DNA of 64,000 nt from Chloroflexota bacterium (GCA_963663275.1 OY760183.1:2560001-2624000), one strand, 5' to 3'; shown: positions 39,486-48,892, counted from the first letter of the stretch. A program made the numbers and translations. Notes: generated by a model not told the origin, from the sequence alone.

Positions 39486-40856
39486 ATGCCAAAGATTGCC
39501 TTCATCGGGGCCGGCAGCGTGACGTTCGCCCGCCGCATCCTGACCGACATCCTCACCTGGCCGGAGCAGAGCGAGAGCGCGCTGGCGCTCATGGACATCG
39601 ACGGCGAAACCCTGGAAATAACGGGACAATTCGTCGAACGGCTCATCCGCGAGCAGAATCTCGGCGTGACCGTGACCACCACCTTGGAACGGCGGGAGGC
39701 ACTGGACGGGGCCGATTACGTCATCACGGCGATCGACGTTGGCGGCCAGCCGCTGCGCATGAGAGACTGGCAAATTCCCGCCCAGTACGGCGTCTACCAA
39801 ACGGTGGCGGATACGCTTGGCCCCGGCGGCGTCTTTCGCGGCCTGCGCACCGCGCCCGCGCTCGCCGCGATCGCGCGGGACATGGAGGAGCTTTGCCCCG
39901 ACGCCCTGCTCATCAACTACGCCAATCCGATGAACATCAACATGTGGCTGATCGGCGCTACCAGCAACATACGCGCCGTGGGGCTTTGCCACAGCGTGCA
40001 GGGCACGGCCGGACAGCTTGCGGGGTACATGGGCCTGGAGCCGGCGGAGGTGTCGTATTGGGTGGCCGGCATCAATCACCAGGCGTGGTTCCTGCAACTG
40101 CGCCGGCACACGTACCGCGGCGACGACCTCTATCCCCGCCTGCGCGCGGCCATGGACGAACCGGAAGTCTACGCCAAGGACAGCGTGCGCTTCGAAGTGT
40201 TCCGGCACTTCAACTACTTCGTCACCGAGTCGAGCCACCACATGTCCGAGTACACGCCGTGGTTTCGCCGCACGGCCGCGGACCGGGCGCGCTTCATGCC
40301 GGCGCACTTGAAGCAGTGGGCGGAAGAGAACAACGCGGCCAAGGACGACCACGGGCGGTTGGTGGACGAGGAAGCGCAGATACGCGAATCCTTCATGTAC
40401 GCCCGGCAGGAGCGGCGCGAAGACTACTTTGCGAACCAGCGCAAGGCCTTAGAAAGCCCCGAGCCGCTGCCGTTCACGCGCACCCACGAGTACTGCTCGT
40501 TCATTCTCCACGCCGTCGAGACAAATACGCCCTATCGTTTCAACGGCAACGTGCCCAATACGGACCTGATCGCCAATCTGCCCCCGGGCTGCAACGTGGA
40601 AGTGCCGATTCTGGTCGACAGCGCCGGCATGCATCCGTGCTCCGTCGGCGCGTTGCCCGCCCAGTGCGCCGCCATCAACCGGACGAACGTCAACGTGCAG
40701 GAGTTGACCGTGCAGGCCCTCCTGGAACAGGACCGGCGCCGCGTCTACGAGGCGATCGCGTTGGACCCGCTCACCACGACCCAGTGCTCGTTGGAAGACG
40801 TACGCGCCATGACCGACGAACTCTTCGACGCGAGCGCGGGGTACTTGACGCTCTAG
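39486..40856 (+). CDS. melA: family 4 glycoside hydrolase (NAD-dependent alpha-galactosidase-like)
   Basis: IGAGS, DTLGPGG.FR.LRT, NYANPM, GLCHSVQ, GINHQ, TESS.H.SEY. Confidence 0.88.
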   Translation: MPKIAFIGAGSVTFARRILTDILTWPEQSESALALMDIDGETLEITGQFVERLIREQNLGVTVTTTLERREALDGADYVITAIDVGGQPLRMRDWQIPAQYGVYQTVADTLGPGGVFRGLRTAPALAAIARDMEELCPDALLINYANPMNINMWLIGATSNIRAVGLCHSVQGTAGQLAGYMGLEPAEVSYWVAGINHQAWFLQLRRHTYRGDDLYPRLRAAMDEPEVYAKDSVRFEVFRHFNYFVTESSHHMSEYTPWFRRTAADRARFMPAHLKQWAEENNAAKDDHGRLVDEEAQIRESFMYARQERREDYFANQRKALESPEPLPFTRTHEYCSFILHAVETNTPYRFNGNVPNTDLIANLPPGCNVEVPILVDSAGMHPCSVGALPAQCAAINRTNVNVQELTVQALLEQDRRRVYEAIALDPLTTTQCSLEDVRAMTDELFDASAGYLTL

Positions 40857-40953
40857 CCGCGTATGACGCCGGACTTGGTGAGGCTGAGAACTACTCGAAT
40901 GCGGCTGCCAGCGCGCCGATGCGCGGCCAGGACAGTGCCATGGACACCAGGCT

Positions 40954-41346
40954 ATGAACGACGAAGATAACCCCATGCGCCAAGACGAAGAAGCGCCGCC
41001 GGAACGGCAAGCGGAAGCGCCTCATCCGGCCGGTCCGGTAGACCGCACCGCCGAGGGTTTTCCCATTTGCCAGTGGTGCGGCGGGGCCATTACCGCGAAA
41101 GACGACCTGGTCGTTGCCGCCAACGAGACCGGCGCGCCCGCGCAGATCGCGCCTGTGGGCTACACGGCCCCGCGCACGTTCGGCGCTTATCACCGCGACT
41201 GCCACGCCGAAGCCGCGGAAGAGAGCTTTAGCGAGCCGCCGCCCTCGGGCACGACTACTTTCTGGACGCCCGTCAACGTCGCCATCGTCGGCGCGAGCGT
41301 AGTCTTGATCATCATCGTGCTGCTCGTTGCCGTCTTTCCACGGTAG
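40954..41346 (+). CDS. small protein with CxxC...HxxC putative Zn site and C-terminal membrane anchor
   Basis: CQWC and YHRDCH motifs; hydrophobic C-terminus; fills the gap between neighbours. Confidence 0.6.
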   Translation: MNDEDNPMRQDEEAPPERQAEAPHPAGPVDRTAEGFPICQWCGGAITAKDDLVVAANETGAPAQIAPVGYTAPRTFGAYHRDCHAEAAEESFSEPPPSGTTTFWTPVNVAIVGASVVLIIIVLLVAVFPR

Positions 41347-41360
41347 CGGGCGGCGCGCAC

Positions 41361-41389
41361 TTGACGGCATGGCGGGCATCGCGTAAACT
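41361..41389 (+). promoter_or_regulatory. sigma70 promoter TTGACG-N17-TAAACT
   Basis: near-consensus -35/-10 with 17-bp spacer upstream of the ABC ATPase. Confidence 0.65.
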
Positions 41390-41531
41390 TCACCTATGCT
41401 GTGCCGCGCATAGGCATAGACTGCTATATGGTGTATCATAGTGGCGCGGTAGGAAGCGAACATGCGTCGCGCCGCTAGAGCGCGGCACCGGGTGGAACAG
41501 AATCGAATGCGCACAGAAGGAGGCGCCGTAG

Positions 41532-42641
41532 ATGGCTAGCGTAACTCTTGAAGCCGTGACGAAGCGCTTTGGCGAAGTCGTCGCGGTAAGCAACATGAAC
41601 CTGGAAGTGAAGGACAAGGAGTTCCTGGTCCTGGTCGGGCCGTCCGGCTGCGGCAAGTCGACCACGCTGCGCATGATTGCCGGCCTCGAGGAGATTACCG
41701 AAGGCAGTCTCTTCATCGGCGACCGCTTGGTCAACGACGTGCCGCCAAAAGACCGGGACATCGCCATGGTGTTCCAGTCCTACGCCCTCTATCCCCACAT
41801 GTCGGTGTACGATAACCTGGCGTTCGGTCTGCGGCTGCGCCGCACACCCAAGAAGGAAATCGACCGCCGCGTGCGTGAGAGCGCGGAGATGCTGGGCATC
41901 GGCGAACTGCTCAACCGCAAGCCGCGCCAGCTTTCCGGCGGCCAGCGCCAGCGCGTGGCGCTGGGACGCGCCATCGTGCGCGACCCGGCCGTCTTCCTGA
42001 TGGACGAGCCGCTCTCGAACCTGGACGCCAAGCTGCGCGTCACAACCCGCGCCGAGCTCATCAAGCTGCACCGCCGCTTGGAGACCACTACCATCTACGT
42101 CACCCACGACCAGGTGGAAGCCATGACGATGGGGCACCGCATCGCCGTGATGCGCGACGGTGTGCTGCAACAACTGGATTCGCCGCAGAACATCTACGAC
42201 CATCCCTCCAACATGTTCGTGGCCGGCTTCATCGGCAGCCCGGCGATGAACTTCCAGGAGGCGACGCTCTCCGGCGACGCCGACGAGATGTGGGTGGAAA
42301 CCGGCGGCTTCAAGCTCCGCTGGCCGCCCGACAAGGCCGCCAAGTTGGCCAAGGCCGAGACCGACAGAGTCTACTTCGGCTGGCGGCCTGAGGACATGTT
42401 CGACCCGCGCTTCCGCCCCGCCGCGCTCGACGTCAGCGAGGGCAACTCGATGACGGCCCGCGTAGACGTGGTGGAGACCCTCGGCTCCGAGATGTACGTG
42501 TACTGCCTGGCCGGCGACATCGACTTCGTGGCCCGGCTCGACCCGCGCGCCGAGGCGATCGTGGGACGCGACATCGAGATGGTGGTCGACGTGGACAAGT
42601 GCCACGCCTTCGACATGCGGACGCAAGAGTCGATCTTCTAG
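41532..42641 (+). CDS. carbohydrate ABC transporter ATP-binding protein (MalK/UgpC/MsmX family)
   Basis: GPSGCGKS, LSGGQRQR, FLMDEPLSNLDAKLR, YVTHDQ, FIGSP; C-terminal TOBE domain. Confidence 0.95.
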   Translation: MASVTLEAVTKRFGEVVAVSNMNLEVKDKEFLVLVGPSGCGKSTTLRMIAGLEEITEGSLFIGDRLVNDVPPKDRDIAMVFQSYALYPHMSVYDNLAFGLRLRRTPKKEIDRRVRESAEMLGIGELLNRKPRQLSGGQRQRVALGRAIVRDPAVFLMDEPLSNLDAKLRVTTRAELIKLHRRLETTTIYVTHDQVEAMTMGHRIAVMRDGVLQQLDSPQNIYDHPSNMFVAGFIGSPAMNFQEATLSGDADEMWVETGGFKLRWPPDKAAKLAKAETDRVYFGWRPEDMFDPRFRPAALDVSEGNSMTARVDVVETLGSEMYVYCLAGDIDFVARLDPRAEAIVGRDIEMVVDVDKCHAFDMRTQESIF

Positions 42642-42705
42642 GAAAATCGACAAATACGGTTTTCCTCATTCCCCGCCTGGAGCGCGGGCAATGAACGGAG
42701 AAATG

Positions 42706-42745
42706 AAGAGAGGAGGCAGGGGTTCATCCTGCCTCCTCTCTTTTC
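42706..42745. terminator. intrinsic terminator, likely bidirectional
   Basis: 15-bp stem AAGAGAGGAGGCAGG / CCTGCCTCCTCTCTT with T-tract, between convergent genes. Confidence 0.8.
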
Positions 42746-42824
42746 TGTCGTTCCGTGCTTAAACGTGTGCGTAGACTGCGGCGTTATCCTCTTTGCGCGC
42801 AACCGCGCATGGCAATAGGACTGG

Positions 42825-43394
42825 CTATACCGGCAGTTCCCACAGCGCGTACCACTTCGACTGGTCGGCTTCCAGCGGCAATTCGCGATCGGCTACGGCC
42901 TGCATCCGGAGTTCCAAGGCGTTGTCGCGCGTCCGTGTGCCGGTGGGCGCGAACGGGTAGAACGATCCGCGCTTGTAGTTGTAGATCCAGTACGTGCCCG
43001 CGCCCGCCGCGTCCTTGAAGCGAAACGCCGCCGCCAGCAACTGGTCGCGGTAGCCGTGCTCAGACAGCGTGAGGCTCACCATGTGAATTGTGGTGACCAG
43101 GTCCTCGAAGTCGGGGTCTTCCAGGACCACCCAATGGAAGCCGAACGAGTCTTCCTTGATCAGCGTATCCGTGCCCGTTTCCTTGCCGCTCACGTCCAGC
43201 AGTTCGGCCAGTTCGCGTTGCAGTCCCGCGAACTGGCTGGACGACAGCGAACGAAAGCAGATACCGGCGCTGCCCGTGCTCTCCAGCCCATTGCTGGCGG
43301 CAAACGCAAAGGCCGCGGTGGAGATGCTCATCAAGCGTTCCAAATGGGAGCGAACCGGCCGGCTGCGGCCCAGCAGCGCATCCAGGAACTTCAC
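42825..43394 (-). CDS. PspA-associated protein PspAB-like
   Basis: LLGRSRP, D.FGFHW, DLVTTIH, GY.DQLL, YNYKRG.FYPFAP, RDNALEL, WYALW; coupled to htpX. Confidence 0.72.
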   Translation of the reverse strand: MKFLDALLGRSRPVRSHLERLMSISTAAFAFAASNGLESTGSAGICFRSLSSSQFAGLQRELAELLDVSGKETGTDTLIKEDSFGFHWVVLEDPDFEDLVTTIHMVSLTLSEHGYRDQLLAAAFRFKDAAGAGTYWIYNYKRGSFYPFAPTGTRTRDNALELRMQAVADRELPLEADQSKWYALWELPV

Positions 43395-44296
43395 TACGCG
43401 CGCTCCATCTGCTGCTCCAGCGCTGCCAGGCGCTTCAAGCGGTTTTCAAGCGAGGGATGCGTGGAAATGAGTTCCATCATGGAGTTCTTGCTGAGAGCGG
43501 GCATGATGAAGAAGGCGTTGGCGCCCTCTACCTGCCGCAGGTCGTCCTGGGGAATGCGCTGCATGCGGCCGCTGATTTTCAGCAGAGCGGACGAGAGATG
43601 AGACGGCGAGCCGGTGAGCGCGGCCGAGCCCCGGTCGGCGGCGTACTCCCGGTAGCGGGAGAGCGCCCGTATCAAGAAGAAACTGACGATCCAGACCAGC
43701 AGCGCCACGAAATAGACCAAGATGATCGCGCTTCCCTGGCTATCGCGCCCCCGTCCGCCAAAGCCGCCAAAGAGGCCGACGTACATGCCCCAGCGCATGA
43801 TCATGAAGGCCAGGGTGGAGAAGAAACTCGCCAGCGTAATCACCATCACGTCGCGATTCTTCACGTGGCTCAGTTCGTGGGCCAGCACCGCCTCCAACTC
43901 CTGGCGGTTCAACTGGTACACCAGGCCGGTGGTGACGGCCACCACGGCATGTTTGGGGTCCCTCCCGGTGGCGAAGGCGTTGGGCATGTTGTTTTCAACG
44001 ATAGCCACCCGGGGCTTGGGCATGTCCGCCATGGCCGAAAGGCGTTCCACCATGGCGTGGAGGTCCGGCGCTTCTTCCGGCGTCACCTCTTTCGCGCCCA
44101 TGGACCACAGGATCATCTTGTCGCTAAAGAAGTACTGCACGCACATCATGCCGACGGCAAAGACGAGCAGGGTCATGGCGCCGGCGCCCAGCGACCAGAG
44201 CGCGGCCAGGAAGAAGACGTAGACCGCGCCCAGGAGCAACATGGTAACGACCATGCGGATTTGCAATCCGCCGTCGCCAGTCCACTTCCGTTGCAT
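43394..44296 (-). CDS. htpX: zinc metalloprotease HtpX (M48)
   Basis: PNAFATGR, AHELSHV (HExxH), SRYREYAAD, STHP. Confidence 0.93.
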   Translation of the reverse strand: MQRKWTGDGGLQIRMVVTMLLLGAVYVFFLAALWSLGAGAMTLLVFAVGMMCVQYFFSDKMILWSMGAKEVTPEEAPDLHAMVERLSAMADMPKPRVAIVENNMPNAFATGRDPKHAVVAVTTGLVYQLNRQELEAVLAHELSHVKNRDVMVITLASFFSTLAFMIMRWGMYVGLFGGFGGRGRDSQGSAIILVYFVALLVWIVSFFLIRALSRYREYAADRGSAALTGSPSHLSSALLKISGRMQRIPQDDLRQVEGANAFFIMPALSKNSMMELISTHPSLENRLKRLAALEQQMERA

Positions 44297-44586
44297 TGAT
44301 TATCTCCTAATCTCGTTTAATGTTCCGCAATCGTCAGCTTCCGATAGGCAAGACCTACGTCACAATAGCGCGGGCCGCAACCGAAAACGGCGCCAGGCGC
44401 AGGCTGCCACTTACCTTCGATTATACTCCAGGCCATGTGCTTTGACCACAGTCCGCCGCCCAAGCGCCCCCGCTTCCGCTCCGCTGGCGCGCGCGAATGC
44501 AGAATTGCCCGCAATTTGATACAGTAGAGGCGGTGAGACTGTCCTGACGGGGTACTTCCGGCGCTGAGCGCGTGGAGAATGCCGGT

Positions 44587-45381
44587 ATGGGAATTGCCGA
44601 ATCTCTGGCACAGGTACGAGCGCGCATGGACGCCGCCGCGGCGCGGGCCGGACGCGACCCTGCCGGCGTGACCCTGGTGGCGGTTTCCAAGGGTTTTGGC
44701 GCGGAGGCGATCGCCGCCGCCGCCCAGGCCGGGCTTACCGTGTTTGGCGAGAATCGCGTGCAGGAGGCCGCGGCGAAGATTCCCGCGCTCTCGCCGTCTC
44801 TCCGGTGGCACATGCTAGGGCACGTGCAGTCCAATAAGGCGAGGCAAGCCGTGGCGCTCTTCGACTGCATTCAAGCCGTAGACGGCCTCCGCCTGGCTGC
44901 GGCGCTGGCGCGCCACGCGGCGGCACAGGACCGCCAATTGCCGGTTCTCCTCCAGGTGAACGTATCCGGCAAGCCGGGCCAGTTCGGCCTGCCGCCCGGC
45001 GACGTGCTCGCGGTTGCCCAGAGCATTGCGGAGACCGCGACAAAGTCGGAGACCGCGACGCAGTCGAAGTCTAAGGCGAATCCGGCGCGCCCGCCGCTGC
45101 GCATCGACGGGCTGATGACGATCGCGTCGTTCACGGACGATGAGGCCACGCTGCGCGGCGAGTTCCAAACATTGCGGCGTTTGCGCGACGAACTCCGGGC
45201 CGGCGTGCCCGGGCACCCTTGTCGTGAACTCTCCATGGGCATGACCAACGACTATGAGCTTGCTATTGAGGAGGGGGCAACCATCGTGCGCGTTGGCCGC
45301 GCCCTGTTCGGCGAGCGCCCGCCGCCTCAGCCGAGAGTTGAATCGCGAGAAGAGTCGAAGAAAGTACTGCAAAGCACCTAG
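44587..45381 (+). CDS. yggS: PLP homeostasis protein YggS/PLPBP
   Basis: LVAVSK, FGENRVQE, GHVQSNK, GLMT, LSMGMT.D, VRVGRALFG. Confidence 0.93.
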   Translation: MGIAESLAQVRARMDAAAARAGRDPAGVTLVAVSKGFGAEAIAAAAQAGLTVFGENRVQEAAAKIPALSPSLRWHMLGHVQSNKARQAVALFDCIQAVDGLRLAAALARHAAAQDRQLPVLLQVNVSGKPGQFGLPPGDVLAVAQSIAETATKSETATQSKSKANPARPPLRIDGLMTIASFTDDEATLRGEFQTLRRLRDELRAGVPGHPCRELSMGMTNDYELAIEEGATIVRVGRALFGERPPPQPRVESREESKKVLQST

Positions 45382-45401
45382 GTGGAAGTTCAAGACGCAT
45401 C

Positions 45402-45659
45402 ATGGAGATAATCTGCACCTTCATCCATTTTCTCACGCTCGCGCTGATCTTCGCCATCATCGCGCGCGCGTTGGCTTCTTGGTTCGTCCAGGACCCCGGC
45501 AACCCCATCGTGGCGATGCTCAATGACATTACGGAGCCGATTGTTGGGCCGGTGCGCCGCTTCATGCCGAATACCGGCATGATCGACTTTTCGCCGTTGG
45601 TGGCGCTCATTCTCCTTCAGCTTCTGCGAAGCGTTCTGCTTAACCTCATCTGCGCTTGA
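45402..45659 (+). CDS. yggT: YggT family membrane protein
   Basis: SW...PGNP, ITEP...P.RR, IDFSP; follows yggS. Confidence 0.9.
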   Translation: MEIICTFIHFLTLALIFAIIARALASWFVQDPGNPIVAMLNDITEPIVGPVRRFMPNTGMIDFSPLVALILLQLLRSVLLNLICA

Positions 45660-45662
45660 CGC

Positions 45663-46013
45663 ATGACGCCTCCGCTATCCTACATTCGCGACTCCGCCTC
45701 GGCGTCGAAGCCGGCCGCCGGTTGCGAACTGACCGTCATCGCGCAGCCGCGAGCCCGCCGCACGGAATTCGCCGGCACGCATGACGGCGCGTTGCGCGTT
45801 CGCTTGCAAGCGCCGCCGGTGGACGGCAAGGCGAATGAGGAGTTGATCGGCTTTCTCGCGCAGGCGCTCGGCGTCCCCAAGTCTGCCGTCACCCTGCGGC
45901 GAGGCGCGGCCTCCCGCCGCAAAGTGGTTGCCGTAAGAGGCCGCACCGCCGCCGCGGCGGCCCAACGTCTTCAGCAAAGCCGCCGCATCAGCGCAGTGCA
46001 GTCAGGAGAATAA
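45663..46013 (+). CDS. DUF167 / YggU family protein
   Basis: QPRA, APPVDGKANEELI.FLA..LGV, G..SRRK. Confidence 0.88.
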   Translation: MTPPLSYIRDSASASKPAAGCELTVIAQPRARRTEFAGTHDGALRVRLQAPPVDGKANEELIGFLAQALGVPKSAVTLRRGAASRRKVVAVRGRTAAAAAQRLQQSRRISAVQSGE

Positions 46014-46016
46014 GCC

Positions 46017-47288
46017 GTGCTGCAGACCCCGCGAGGCACCAACGACATCCTGCCCGGCGAGCAAGCCCACTGGCGCGGCGTTGCCGCTCACTTCCAGCGC
46101 ATTTGCGCCACTTACGGCTATGGCGAAATCCGCACGCCGGTATTCGAGGACACCCGGCTCTTCCAGCGCACCGTTGGCGAAGGCACGGACATCGTTGAAA
46201 AGGAAATGTACACCTTTGCCGACCGGGGCGGCGACAGCCTGACCCTACGCCCGGAGGGCACCGCGCCGGTGGTGCGCGCCTATCTGGAACACGGCATGCA
46301 CCGGCTGCCCCAGCCCGTGAAACTCGGCTACGTCGCGTCGATCTTCCGCTACGACCGGCCCCAGGCCGGGCGGCTGCGCCAGCACCATCAGTTCGGCGTG
46401 GAGGCGCTGGGCGAAGCAGCGGCCGGCATCGACGCCGAAGTCATCGGCCTGCTCCTGCACCTCTATCGCAGCGTCGGGCTGACCGGAGTCTCGCTGCAAC
46501 TCAACAGCATTGGCGACGGCGTGTGCCGCCCGCCCTACGTCGCGGAACTGGCGGCGTACTACCGATCCCGCGCCCACGACCTCTGCGAGAACTGCCGCGC
46601 GCGCCTGGAACGCAATCCCTTGCGCCTGCTCGACTGCAAAGAGAAGTCGTGCCAGCCGCACATCGCGCAAGCACCGCACATGCTGGACAACCTCTGCGCG
46701 GACTGCGACGCGCACTTTTCGACCCTTAAACGGTCTCTGGAGGCGATGGGCATTGCGTACACGCTGAACCATACGCTGGTGCGCGGCCTGGACTACTACA
46801 CGCGCACGGTCTTCGAGGTCTGGCCGGAAACCGTCGGGCGGCAGAGCGCGCTGGGCGGCGGCGGACGCTACGACGGGCTGGCGCGCCAGATCGGCAAGCG
46901 CGACGTGCCCGGCATCGGCTTTGGCACGGGCATCGAGCGCATCATCCTCAATCTCCAGCGCCAGGGCATCGCGCCTGAAGAGGAGAGGCAGTTCAGCGTC
47001 TTCGTGGCGACGCTCGGCGAAAGGGCCGGGACCTACGGCGCCGGCCTGGTCAACGAACTGCGGCAGCGCGGCATCCGCGCCCTCACCACCTATCGGCCCC
47101 GCAGCCTCAAGGCGCAATTGCGCCAGGCGGACAACCATCAGGCGGACTACGCCGTGATCATCGGCGACGATGAATTGGCGGAGGAACACGTCTTGCTGCG
47201 AAACCTGGCGTCGAGCACGCAAGAGCGCGTGGCGGCAGCCGACCTGGCGCCCACCCTCGAACGACTGCGCCCGAGCGAGAATGCCTGA
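46017..47288 (+). CDS. hisS: histidyl-tRNA synthetase
   Basis: PRGT.D, KEMYTF, LRPEGTA, FRYDRPQAGR.RQ, LVRGLDYY, GGGRYDGL. Confidence 0.97.
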   Translation: MLQTPRGTNDILPGEQAHWRGVAAHFQRICATYGYGEIRTPVFEDTRLFQRTVGEGTDIVEKEMYTFADRGGDSLTLRPEGTAPVVRAYLEHGMHRLPQPVKLGYVASIFRYDRPQAGRLRQHHQFGVEALGEAAAGIDAEVIGLLLHLYRSVGLTGVSLQLNSIGDGVCRPPYVAELAAYYRSRAHDLCENCRARLERNPLRLLDCKEKSCQPHIAQAPHMLDNLCADCDAHFSTLKRSLEAMGIAYTLNHTLVRGLDYYTRTVFEVWPETVGRQSALGGGGRYDGLARQIGKRDVPGIGFGTGIERIILNLQRQGIAPEEERQFSVFVATLGERAGTYGAGLVNELRQRGIRALTTYRPRSLKAQLRQADNHQADYAVIIGDDELAEEHVLLRNLASSTQERVAAADLAPTLERLRPSENA

Positions 47289-47540
47289 GCCTTTGCGCGA
47301 CCTGGCGCAGATTGCCCGCACTCTCCCCTTACCTCCCTCCGCTGCCGAATGCATGGCAATGACGCCTCTCCGGCCCGCCTGAGCAGCCGCGCTCTCTGGC
47401 GGCCGCCCGGCAATCGCATTGCCGAAACCCGCTGCCTCATAGTTGCGCCCCGGCGCATGCTGCGCTATATTCGCCTTGTGAGGGAGACGTGCCGCCGCCT
47501 CTTCTTCCGCCCAATGCCGGCGGACAGACGCGGCCGCGCG

Positions 47541-47549
47541 TGGTACAAT
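47541..47549 (+). promoter_or_regulatory. extended -10 element (TGgTACAAT) for the tRNA pair
   Basis: about 30 nt upstream of tRNA-Ile. Confidence 0.5.
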
Positions 47550-47580
47550 AACGTGGGCAGCCGCGCAGTTGCGCGTTACC

Positions 47581-47654
47581 GGGCCACTAGCTCAGTTGGT
47601 TAGAGCGCGCCCCTGATAAGGGCGAGGTCTGTGGTTCAAATCCACAGTGGCCCA
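47581..47654 (+). tRNA. tRNA-Ile(GAT)
   Basis: acceptor GGGCCAC/GTGGCCC, D arm TAGCTCAGTTGGTTAGAGC, anticodon arm CGCCC-CTGATAA-GGGCG, T loop TTCAAAT; CCA not encoded. Confidence 0.96.
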
Positions 47655-47712
47655 CCGCCGCACGCAATGCCGGGATTCCACCGGCATTGTTTCACTTTGC
47701 GGCCCGTCCCAC

Positions 47713-47788
47713 GGGGATGTAGCTCAGTTGGGAGAGCACCTCCTTTGCAAGGAGGGGGTCAGGAGTTCGAGTCTCCTCATCTCCACCA
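47713..47788 (+). tRNA. tRNA-Ala(TGC)
   Basis: acceptor GGGGATG/CATCTCC with G3-U70, anticodon arm CCTCC-TTTGCAA-GGAGG, T loop TTCGAGT, encoded CCA. Confidence 0.97.
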
Positions 47789-47854
47789 GAACGTAACTCT
47801 CGCCTTTTCACTCGGCCGGCGCATCCGCAAGCAGCGTGGATCGGAGTGAACGCA

Positions 47855-48349
47855 ATGGCCGGCAATGCATCCAAGAAACCAGGAAAGACGGCGAAGCAGA
47901 CTACTGTCCAGCGGGACGAGGGGAAGCCGGCGCTCCTTTCCGGCTGCAATCCGCAGGTTGCTAAGGCCGACGGTGACGCTCCGGTGCAGGCGTACATTGC
48001 GGCGATGCCGGGCTGGAAGAGCGACGTTGGGCGCTGCCTGGATGCTCTCATCGTGGGCGCCGTGCCCGGCGTGCGCAAGGCGGTGCGCTGGAACTCGCCT
48101 TGGTACGGCATTCCGGGCCGAGGCTGGTTCCTGAGCTATCACGTTTTCACCCGCTACATCAAGGTTACCTTTCTGAACGGCGCGTCGCTGCATCCCGAAC
48201 CGCCCGGCTCCGGGAAAGACCCGGACGCGCGCTGGATCGACCTCTACGAGGGCGACTTCGATGAGGAGCGGTTGGCGGAGTGGGTGAGGCAGTCCGCCGC
48301 CCTGCCCGGTTGGGATGGGTTCCAGCACGTTGCGGAAACCGATTTGTAA
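47855..48349 (+). CDS. DUF1801 / YdhG-like domain protein
   Basis: PVQAYIAAMPGWK, KAVRWNSPWYG, FTRYIKVTF.NG..L.P.PP. Confidence 0.8.
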   Translation: MAGNASKKPGKTAKQTTVQRDEGKPALLSGCNPQVAKADGDAPVQAYIAAMPGWKSDVGRCLDALIVGAVPGVRKAVRWNSPWYGIPGRGWFLSYHVFTRYIKVTFLNGASLHPEPPGSGKDPDARWIDLYEGDFDEERLAEWVRQSAALPGWDGFQHVAETDL

Positions 48350-48367
48350 CCTGGATATTCTCCAGGC

Positions 48368-48680
48368 GCAGTTAGGCCCGCGCGCGGAAATCCAGACAAG
48401 ACGCAGGTTTCAAACCTGCGCTACCGGGCAGTTGAGCGCGGGCGCGGAAACCCAGACAAGACGCAGGTTGCAAACCTGCGCTACCGGGCGGTTAGGCGCG
48501 CGAGCGGAAACCCAGAGATGACGCAGGTTTCAAACCTGCGCTACCGGGCGGTTCGGCGCGGGCGCGGAAACCCAGACAAGACGCAGGTTTCAATCCTGCG
48601 CTACCGGGCAGTTGGGCGCGGGCTCGGAAACCCAGAGAAGACGCAGGTTTCAAACCTGCGCTACCGGGCAGTTTGGCGCG
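48368..48680. repeat. tandem array of five 60-bp units, each with a family A REP hairpin CGCAGGTTTCAAACCTGCG-CTACC
   Basis: palindromes at 48402, 48462, 48522, 48582, 48642; linkers are near-identical, not unique spacers. Confidence 0.92.
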
Positions 48681-48892
48681 CCCGGAGGCGCCATCAATCG
48701 CAAAGATGAAGATAGGGAGTTCGAGCCGCCTCTTCCTCACTCACTAGCTGCCTCTATCTGCGCGCCGCCTCATCCCCACTCGCCGGATGCCACAACCTGC
48801 GCGCCGCCGCAGTCCCGCGCTTCAAACCGATCCGCCGCTCGTGGCGTGCCCTGCCGTGAATCGTACCGTTTGCCAAGACCGGCGCGTTGCCC

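Noticed and set aside
46017-47288. hisS as part of a histamine (hdc) cluster
   Set aside because: It lies 15 kb away in a housekeeping yggS-yggT-yggU context
48368-48680. CRISPR array
   Set aside because: Linkers are near-identical rather than unique, the palindrome is dispersed singly elsewhere, and there are no cas genes
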